Shown: positions 54,132 through 64,000 of the stretch, in pieces
Layout: every line of letters begins with the position of its first letter
Numbering within the stretch: position 1 is the stretch's first letter
Source: Eledone cirrhosa
Lineage: Eukaryota
NCBI GenBank assembly: GCA_964016885.1
Contig: OZ024747.1
Coordinates: 82,584,001-82,648,000, forward strand
Direction of reading: 5' to 3'
Length of the DNA: 64,000 nucleotides
Notes under the pieces: model-generated
Databases searched by the model: none
Told to the model about the DNA's origin: nothing
What the model saw: the letters and a program-made list of their open reading frames with translations, nothing else
Translations under genes and position numbers: made by a program

Positions 54132-54218
54132 CCCATTATAGTGAATAATGTTCCAATTTTAATTATATGTATTGCTGCCGAGTAATGTGGTCGTTGTTGA
54201 AAGTGTGATGGCGACGAT

Positions 54219-54271
54219 ACAACAACAACAACAGCAACAGCAGCAGCAGAAGCAGAAGCAGCAACAGCAGC

Positions 54272-54317
<46 letters not shown>

Positions 54318-54402
54318 GTAGCAGCAGCAGCAACAACAACAACAACAATAACAACACCAGCAGCAGTAGCAGCGACAACAACAACAACAACAACAACAAC
54401 AA
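54219..54402. repeat. (CAA)n/(CAG)n microsatellite
   Basis: Direct reading. Confidence 0.95.
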
Positions 54403-54631
54403 GTAAGTAGACAGACTGAGATGATAGAAGACTATAGAGTAGGTCAAATGGACGGGCTGGAAAAAGTGGCCATATTTGTACCAATCAACAAACAAACGTT
54501 TGAATGTTGACATCAAAACTTGTAATTATTTCTTGCAAACATTAACACAACTGAAACTACTTAAAAGAAGGTTTCAGTTCAGATAATAAACAACAACAGC
54601 AACTGAAATCACAGACACAATGAATGCGTTT

Positions 54632-54677
<46 letters not shown>

Positions 54678-54684
<7 letters not shown>

Positions 54685-55236
54685 ATTAAAAAAATAATGA
54701 ATAAAACAATGAAACAGTTCCTTATATTAAACAAAAAAAGTTCATTATTTAACGATCGTTTCTAGGACATATATGTGTTAGAATTGGCATGCATATTCAA
54801 CAGATCTATGTACAAAATTATACAAAATTATACAAACTATCAAATCTAATATACATACCAACACATACATATGCCGTCTTCAGAAATAATGCATTATTTC
54901 TGAAGACGGCATATGTATGTGTTGGTATGTATATTAGATTTGATAGTTTGTATAATTTTGTATAATTTTGTACATAGATCTGTTGAATATGCATGCCAAT
55001 TCTAACACATATATGTCCTAGAAACGATCGTTAAATAATGAACTTTTTTTGTTTAATATAAGGAACTGTTTCATTGTTTTATTCATTATTTTTTTAATAC
55101 TTTATCTTGACTCTGTATTCCGTTTATCTTTCACCGAAAGTGATTTTTGAATGCATCTCTTCTTTCCATGATATCCTGATTACATTGAGTTCTTCATACG
55201 GATTGGACACTACCGTAAATTCTTGGTAGATTTATC

Positions 55237-55239
<3 letters not shown>
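54678..55239 (+). mobile_element. (TA)n-embedded element: 428-bp loopless palindrome (54678-55105) plus 134-bp tail
   Basis: Centre AAATAATG|CATTATTT at 54891/54892; arms appear identical by eye. Confidence 0.85.
54892..55040 (+). ncRNA. Type-I hammerhead with very long stem II (~114 nt); mirror copy on minus at 54743-54891
   Basis: CATTATTT-CTGAAGA-[54907-55020]-GAAA-CGATCG-TT^AAATAATG; 8-bp stem I, palindromic GATC loop III. Confidence 0.78.
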
Positions 55240-55326
<87 letters not shown>

Positions 55327-55453
55327 AATATAACTTTATCATATATGTATGTATGGGCATTGTAAATCTCGAATAATTTTCAAACAGACAATAATCACAC
55401 ACAGTCCCACAGGCAAGAATACATGTGTGAATGTATGTGTGTATATATATATA

Positions 55454-55490
<37 letters not shown>

Positions 55491-56064
55491 ATACACACAC
55501 GATATGTTCAAGAGGAGAGATGATAGACAGACAGAAAAACAAAAAACAGACAGACAGATCGAGAGACAGACAGAATGTCAACACTTCCGGTTAGCGGCCG
55601 TTATATTATAACACTTGTAAAAATATCGCAAATATTTCCGTCGCTAATTTTCTCCTAATGCAGTTTATATATAATATCGTCTTTTTTTTAATGTATCATG
55701 GATTACTTTACTGATTACATAAGACAGTGTAACAGACTTCGTTCAATTTCTGTGTATATTGTCAATTACGATTTTATTTGATGTATTATATCGACTTGCG
55801 TATCATGACGTATCATATCAACATATACACTACACTTGTGAGCAGAAAACCACCCGAAGGCGAGTATATATAAATATATATGTAATATAAATGTGTGTGT
55901 GTATACTTATGTACATAATACAACAATACACGTGTGTACGCCTGTAAATATATACACATATATAAATGCATGCACTTATATGGAAATGTTTTGTTACACA
56001 TGAATACATATTTGTATTTTATGTACGTACATATGTAGGTATGTATGTATACATTTACACACAC

Positions 56065-56116
<52 letters not shown>

Positions 56117-56121
<5 letters not shown>

Positions 56122-56476
56122 ATTAAATAAATGGAAAACTATATTTATAAAACCATATTTATTTCATTATATATATTTCGGGGATATCATATTAACACTG
56201 CTAGCGTAAACCTCTCCAAATGAAGTTGATGTTTATTACGGTATGTCGAATATATTTATCTATAAAACTGTTTATATTGTATTTTGTCTGATGAAGGCAT
56301 AGCATATTGTTAATATGATATCCCCGAAATATATATAATGAAATAAATATGGTTTTATAAATATAGTTTTCCATTTATTTAATATTGTAAATATACTCCA
56401 AATATTTGTCGAGTGCTTTTATATCAGTTATAAATATTTACTAGTTGTAACCCAACAATTTTAAATATAACTTTAC

Positions 56477-56478
<2 letters not shown>
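56117..56478 (+). mobile_element. (TA)n-embedded insert with 5' inverted duplicate and hammerhead
   Basis: Arms 56117-56198 / 56308-56388, ~110-bp spacer, 90-bp tail. Confidence 0.8.
56280..56345 (+). ncRNA. Minimal type-I hammerhead ribozyme
   Basis: TATTTTGT-CTGATGA-AGGCATAG CATATT gtt AATATG ATATCCCC-GAAA-TATATA-TA^ATGAAATA; stem I has two G.U pairs. Confidence 0.78.
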
Positions 56479-56516
<38 letters not shown>

Positions 56517-56612
56517 CCATCCATGAATTGAACCACAAAGTTACTAAGACAAAACCTATATATTTGCTGGCATAGGTATGCATCTGTATATATATGTTAG
56601 TAGATATACTAA

Positions 56613-56680
<68 letters not shown>

Positions 56681-56683
<3 letters not shown>

Positions 56684-56830
56684 TTTATCCCGGGTTCAAT
56701 CGGGGGTAACCACAGTAAGTAAGATATTCAATACATAACAGAGTATAAATATTTAATATAGAAATGGCTTCTACAGGCTTCTCCCGAATGAAACAGTTCT
56801 AGTCCTGTAGAAGCCATTTCTATATTAAAT
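56681..56830 (-). mobile_element. (TA)n-embedded fold-back insert (family shared with 33528-33625)
   Basis: 27-bp arms 56751-56777 / 56804-56830; GAAAC..GTC in the spacer. Confidence 0.7.
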
Positions 56831-57323
56831 ATATATATATATATGTGTGTGTGCGCGTGCATATATGTATGCATATTTGATCAGAAATACAGTATATATA
56901 ATTATATATACAGAGATGTTCAAACACATACACAGACGATGACAAAATAACTTTTTTCTCTTTCTATAACATACACAAATACAGACGCAAAGATGGCGGC
57001 GTAGACGAAGTAGTCGAAACCTACACTTCCACCATTCCTACCATGGATGACTCTATCAATAGTCTGTGATGATATATCAACGTAGATACTTATTTATCAA
57101 ACTATTGACGTCCCAAATGATGACGGTTGATAACCTTACGATTAAATATACTGAAATATTTATGTACCCAATCGAACTGAGGGCTCTTCAGTCAATAATT
57201 ATTTCAAATTAGCTGTATTTGTCAGAGTAAGATGGTGGGAGGCTACATTGGAGTTGTAATGGGGTGAGAACTAGTGGGTAAAGTTGAGATAAATTGTGTG
57301 CTATACATACATATATACATACT

Positions 57324-57750
<427 letters not shown>

Positions 57751-58074
57751 ATATATATATATATGGTATATATTTGTATACATATATATGCACAATATTC
57801 ACAACATATTAGACATGGTATCTAATATAAGGTTCCGTAACTACACAAACACCTTTCAAAATATGCTTGAATTTACCATTTATAATTCAGTATTAAGAAA
57901 TCTAATAACGAATATATATATTCTCTAATGAAACTAAATCCTTTGCGCATAAGAAAATAGCACACATAAACTTAAGTAATAATATAATCTGAAACGATGA
58001 TAAAAATAGATTATAAACTTACAATAATAAGAATTAGTGTGGTAAACATTGTAACCTACAAACTATAATTAAAT

Positions 58075-58257
58075 AATTGTTTCTACTTTTTGGCACAAGG
58101 CCAGCAATTATCGCAGTGTATTACAGGTACTTTATTTTATCGACCCCGTAAGGATGAAAGGCAAAGTTAACCTTGGCGGGATTTGAACTCAGTCTGTAAA
58201 GAGACTTAACTGTGCTAGAAAGCATGGCGTCCGACCCTCTACCGATACTGCCAATCC
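58075..58257 (-). mobile_element. SINE-A copy with TSD
   Basis: AACTATAATTAAATAAT on both sides. Confidence 0.9.
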
Positions 58258-60051
58258 AACTATAATTAAATAATAATATATAATGTTTAGCTACAAAAGA
58301 GGTGTATGTCACAGTTGAACACCATTTGGAAAATATTGTTTCTAATCCCATACGTAGATTAATCTATAGAACAACATAAACAACATAAACAAAGGGAAAA
58401 TAGCAACACATAAAAATGACACCATATTTAGTCGATTTAATATAGTTAACGTTTGTCTCTAAATTTCTCCTCAAACTTCGTTAAAATGTATATAACACAT
58501 GTCATGCATGCTAGGATATACCTCCTTTTTGACAAAGAATCTATTTTGGTCAATAAACTGTATCCAATGAGTTCTTTTAATATAAATATGGGTTTGTACA
58601 TAGTTCTGAGATATGCGAGCTTATATTGAACTTATATATTCTAGATAAATATTTACCATGATGTACTTTGATATATATATATGTACGTATTTTGACTGGC
58701 ATATATACCACAATGTATTTTAGCCGATATATAGCTATAACGCTGATGGATTAGCTACATCTAAGTATGAGAAAGGAAATACCCTAGATACATTTAAAAG
58801 GTGCTTTATTAAAATTTTCGATAATTTCACCCAAATAGTGTTAAAACCAATTTATGCATCATTAGTTTCAATTTAACCACAAGCTTGCATAAAATCCTTA
58901 TGAAATTTGATGGAAATTTTACATACATTAGATACGATTCTACCACCCATATTTGATTTCTTTTTAGACATAACAATAGTAACAAGTGTAATTTAAGAAG
59001 TATACCTTCAATAGTGGAGCCCACATCATAATAAAGCACATATAATCTAAGAAAACCAAACTATGAAGGCATGTCACAAAACGATCCGATTCACAGCTCT
59101 TTTTTTTTCTTTAAATTTGCTAAGAACCTCCTGGTCATAATTGATAAGAATTTCACTATAAATTAATACAGAAAATTATTTCATAAAGAATCTTAAACGA
59201 GTCACATTTGCACTAATATTAAGATAATCTAAAAAAAAATGCAAAACGTTCTAAATTATTTGTGGTTAACAATAGAAATATTAACACATGCCTACTTAAT
59301 CAGACTTAATGCAATGCTGTAGCAATCATATAGGAAGGAGAAGGCACCTCCACCAAACCAAACTTTGACGTAGCAAGTAGATATATTAAAAAAATGTCTG
59401 ACGGTAAATTTGAACAACGGTATGTCAATCATATTTCTTCTTTTAGGTGGGAGGAATGTAAGGGAATTTTTAAATTACATCTAGCACTTGAAAGAACATG
59501 CTACAGATTTCATATTCAAGTAGTAGACACTGAAGGAATGTATACTTTATATGTACAGAAACGGAAGCTCTAAAATATGTACAGCTCTAAAGAGCCTCAT
59601 ACTTAAAAACCTTCAGAATTCTGCCAATTGTCTTAATGCGAGCTCTGAATATTTTTTCAACTTGTCACCACTTAGATAAGTATCTAAATGAAATATCAGA
59701 ATACAATATCACCACCAGACTAAACGTGTCTGCAATCACTCTTCAATTCATACATTTTACATAGTCGGGCAATTCCTGTTCTTCCTCTTTTAATATCAAC
59801 AAGCCCTTTATATGCACCGGATTAATGATATAAATACATTTATGTAAATATACAAGTGTGTGTATAAAATGTGATTAAACGCTTATATATAAAACAGCGT
59901 CTTATTATTAAACTTTTAATTCCACAGGAACGCCATTTTTCTTTTTCACTCATTTCCTTACAATTTCATTTTTACATTTTCTTTCTCTATTTTCTCTCTG
60001 TATTTTCTTGTTCTCACACCACCCCCTCGGTCAATCTCATTAGGTTCAATA

Positions 60052-60114
<63 letters not shown>

Positions 60115-60119
<5 letters not shown>

Positions 60120-60306
60120 AACAAGTAAGACCCCGACGGCTGAGCTCAAGCCGTTTCGACGGCTAATTCTGTACAGAATTTGCCGTCGAAACGGCTTGAG
60201 CTCAGCCGTCGGGGTCTTACTTGTTCCTATTACCCACTCTACTACCCTAAGTATTGAGTATTTTGGTGCGTTATGGTCCACCTGGTTCCTTACCACATTT
60301 CCTTCG

Positions 60307-60308
<2 letters not shown>
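60115..60308 (+). mobile_element. (TA)n-embedded fold-back insert: 116-bp loopless palindrome plus 78-bp tail
   Basis: Centre CTGT|ACAG at 60172/60173, one T.T mismatch; tail matches 50328-50408 in reverse and 33711-33751. Confidence 0.82.
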
Positions 60309-60389
<81 letters not shown>

Positions 60390-60391
<2 letters not shown>

Positions 60392-60559
60392 TTAGCGGAA
60401 CCTCAGCTCGTAATGTCCATTACAAGCTGAGGTTCCGCTAAGGTGAAACAATTGTTCTCGGTATGGTGAACTAACTGTTGTGTAACCACTTCTACCTAAC
60501 TCGTCCCATGGACTGAGTGCTCTACCACTACGGATATTACCTTCCAGTGTTCTACCACT
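60390..60559 (+). mobile_element. (TA)n-embedded insert: 24-bp hairpin, hammerhead 3' half and tail
   Basis: Arms 60392-60415 / 60418-60441, then GAAA-CAATTG-TT at 60445-60456. Confidence 0.65.
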
Positions 60560-61260
60560 ATATATATATATATATGCACATACATATATACATATACATA
60601 TATATGTACATACATATACATACTCGCGCAGGCAAATGACTAGACCAATTAAGCTCAAACCAATATAGAAATATAGGAACGTCATTATGAAGAAGAACAG
60701 ATTCCTGAGTTCATTGGTGCTTTCCTGTATATATGTTAAATATAGACCGTCATTACAGAGAATGATACTGACATTAGAAATGAGAAGCTACTGCATCATA
60801 TTCCTAAATAGTTTCTATAACTGGGTGTGGTACCATATATATGTATTTCATTCTACTTATCTATTGATTACACTCCTTTTGCCGCGTAATCAAATTTTAT
60901 ATAATATTGACCGTAACATATATAAGTAAACTAAGACTCTGCTCCACAGATGCTGAGTATTCCCTTTCTTACTCACTATGAGCACACACACGCACATACA
61001 TACATACATACAAAAATGTTGCATCTAATAACTGCTTATACACATGTACAGATACACATGCACGCATACAACTCAAAACATACACATCCGCACATACAAT
61101 AACATCCATACCTACACATGCATGCATCAGACATGCATACATATCTACCTAGTTGATGTTGTGTAAATTCCAGTAAGAGAGTCTTGTAACTATGTCAGAA
61201 ACCGAATCTCTCTCTGTATTAGCAAAAATTTGTGAAATTATAAAACCAGAAGATCATACA

Positions 61261-61294
<34 letters not shown>

Positions 61295-61296
61295 CA

Positions 61297-61330
<34 letters not shown>

Positions 61331-61397
61331 CATACATACATACATACATACATACATACATACATACATACATACATACATACATACATACATACAC

Positions 61398-61949
61398 GGT
61401 GGCTGCCAACTCGTTTTCGAGTACGGCCACTACTTTATATCCATGTAGGAGAACCCTTACCGATGCTCTGAACAAGTGTGACTTTTTAGTCCAGCCAGCG
61501 ACTTGAAAACTCTGGTACAAACACTACACTTGTGACAATTATTGACACATAGTGCTGGGCCCATGGTACCATGTGATGACAAGTGCAGAGAGATCTCCAG
61601 ATATAACGCAATGCCTGTGCCGTGAAGCTTTTATAGTGAGCAAAGGCACTGCACAAAGCCAGTCACACTCTCTTAACCAAGATGATATTTACCAAAAAGA
61701 AGAACAAGTCAACATCATTGGATACCATCAGGGTTGCAGGTGTTATATCAAAGCTTTCCTTCTCCTAGAATTCTGCCTTGACAAAGGCTAAGGGGTCATC
61801 TCTCCCGGTGATTTGGGATGGCCATCGACTCTTAAGAGCTCCTTTTCCCTTTGACAGGTTTTGTTTTTAGTCCTGCAGGATGTCCATAGTCACCCTCCTC
61901 ACCAAAAAACCTTGGTGGGGTTGCCTGTTTAGTCGCCAACGACCCGACC
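61398..61949 (-). mobile_element. Second copy of the non-autonomous RTE-related element
   Basis: High similarity to 4638-5180; (CATA)n on both sides. Confidence 0.7.
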
Positions 61950-62204
61950 ATACATACATTCATACATACATACATACATACATACATACATACATACATA
62001 CATACATACATACATACATACATACATACATACATACATACATGTGCGTAGTATATTTAAAATTTCATACATGTTATGTGTAAGTAAGTTTAAGTATACA
62101 AAATAAGGTCTCTTGCAATAGATTGAGCATTTTTTCCTTCACCTTTTATCTTTGGATATCCTGCACACACACACACACACACACACACATGTATATATAT
62201 TATG

Positions 62205-62263
<59 letters not shown>

Positions 62264-63138
62264 ATATGTATATATAATACATATATATATAGATAAACAC
62301 AGACACATACATATGTGTGTATGTGTAAGGATGAATGTATTCGTGTGTAAATGTGCATGTTTATATTTGTCTATTGTTTTACTATTTTAACGCTCTTTAT
62401 TCTATATGTAATATAATATCTAAACTAGTTTATGCTGAGAACGTGAAGAAACATATAGCGTTTCAGCCTGACGGCCTAAGAAAATGGTTCGTGATTATTA
62501 CATTCACGCTGGGCCTTCTCTCTTGTTTCTCAACTAAGTTATTACAGGAATGGCTAAACGGAAGTACAATTACCTGCCATTTGACTGATACAATTTCTAT
62601 TCCCTTCACTATACTTGTGGCTAAACGGAAGTACAGTTGTCTGTCTAATTTATATAAACATACAGTTGATAATGGTGAAAACGAAATGCTATTTTCTCAT
62701 CATGCAACAGCACATACTACAAAAGACGAAAATGAATGACAGATACACCTGACAACAGTTGTCTTCAAATTCAGAATATAGTGATGCAGATAATAGTCAC
62801 GTAATCCTACATGTTAATGAAGTTGAAAAGATAAAACTGCTTGCCAAATGGTTATATAATTTAACAAACAGATAGAAATACTAAAGATGACTAAATATAC
62901 TACTGCTCAATGGTAAGGCGACAATGGCATGGCTGCATATTTTGGTAAATGAGGAGAAAAGTTATAATCATATGAATCTAAATGGGGCTATAGCTCAGTT
63001 ACGATTGCTATGAAATGTACTCTTGAAAAATATGACATACAGAGATCACATTCCGACTATTGATGGTGTAAAGATAACTGGCAGCTGTATATTTTCACTG
63101 ATATAATAAACACATATATACACACACATAAAACACAG

Positions 63139-63226
<88 letters not shown>

Positions 63227-63228
63227 CA

Positions 63229-63452
63229 AGGAGACGACAAAATAGAGGTACAAAAAGTTTTAGTTTCACGCTTTATATGGAAAAGGGGAAAGAATGTTCG
63301 ACGTGTCAGACTTTTCTCCTTCTTCGGGAGTACAAAATAGAGACAGGAGCACAAAGGATAGATACACAAAATAAAAGGTAGTCCAAGTAAAGTAAATAAT
63401 GAGAGTAAAGGAGGAATGAATGTGCAAAACAAGAAAGGCGACACAGACAAGT
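63229..63452 (-). mobile_element. PLE-like 3' fragment between (TA)n tracts; family of 31011-31172
   Basis: Sequence similarity; CCGAAGA-AGGAGA aaag TCT-GACA-CGTC variant motif on minus. Confidence 0.6.
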
Positions 63453-64000
63453 TATATATATATATTCCATAAACGTGTCGCCGGGAATCGAACTCACAGT
63501 CTTACGATCGTCAGCAAAACAGCCAAAGCACTTACATACATACATGCGTGTGTGTGTGTGTGTACATGTACGTATATATTTAAAACGGAATCTGTGTATG
63601 GTGCTACTTTGCTGTCTTCGTTCTCGATCATCGGGGGACTAATGAAGTGATATATAAATCAAGAGGGTGTTATGTGACTTAGTAAATATGCCTGTCATTC
63701 CATCTATAATTTCAGTATAATAAAATGCCGGAGTATATATATGTAAGCTTAAAATATCATACCATTAGTCGACAGAGAACCGCAAAGGGAAAACTCTGAA
63801 AGACTCTGAAAGACTCGCACAGACGTAGCTTTGAATAAATATAATTCTACTCTTCCTAACAGTGTTATACAATACTGTATATATCAGAAAATCTAATAAC
63901 TAACTCATGTATAATTACATTTTAAAAGCCTTTCAGTGGAAATTTAAAAAGATGAGGAAAAATATTGTACACAGAAAAAGGTTTTCAATATATATTTTAC

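Noticed and set aside
54219-54402. Poly-glutamine coding exon
   Set aside because: Plain CAA/CAG microsatellite next to a SINE; a TAG interrupts the Gln frame and there is no exon evidence
56990-57001. AAGATGGCGGC (YY1-like) and ACTTCCGG (ETS-like, ~55582) promoter motifs
   Set aside because: Isolated short motifs with no CpG-rich region or downstream gene evidence

Overview
AT-rich, gene-poor eukaryotic DNA packed with microsatellites and transposable-element (TE) remnants. The repeat content (tRNA-derived SINEs with a GCCTTTCATCCTTACGGGGTCGATAAAATAAAGTACCAG core, very long (TA)n arrays) resembles octopus genomes; that assignment is my inference. No host protein-coding exon can be supported, and almost all ORFs in the track are microsatellite read-throughs. 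All convincing coding remnants come from retroelements: a young 5'-truncated Tx1/L1-clade LINE (39257-41035, 17-bp target-site duplication, TSD), RTE-clade fragments, and Penelope-like elements (PLEs) with RT or GIY-YIG domains. Other TEs are about 25 copies of one SINE family, a Helitron, and piggyBac- and Tc1-type MITEs. The most striking hidden layer is a set of 100-500 bp inserts inside (TA)n arrays. These inserts and the PLE tails carry minimal type-I hammerhead ribozyme folds (stem I - CUGANGA - stem II - GAAA - short, mostly palindromic loop III - NUH - stem I') from about seven unrelated families. Many inserts are also long fold-back palindromes whose turning points lie in or next to the ribozyme. 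One insert is a 466-bp monomer plus a 61-bp terminal direct repeat, as expected from a circular-RNA (retrozyme-like) template. Ribozyme folds were read by eye, and activity is untested.
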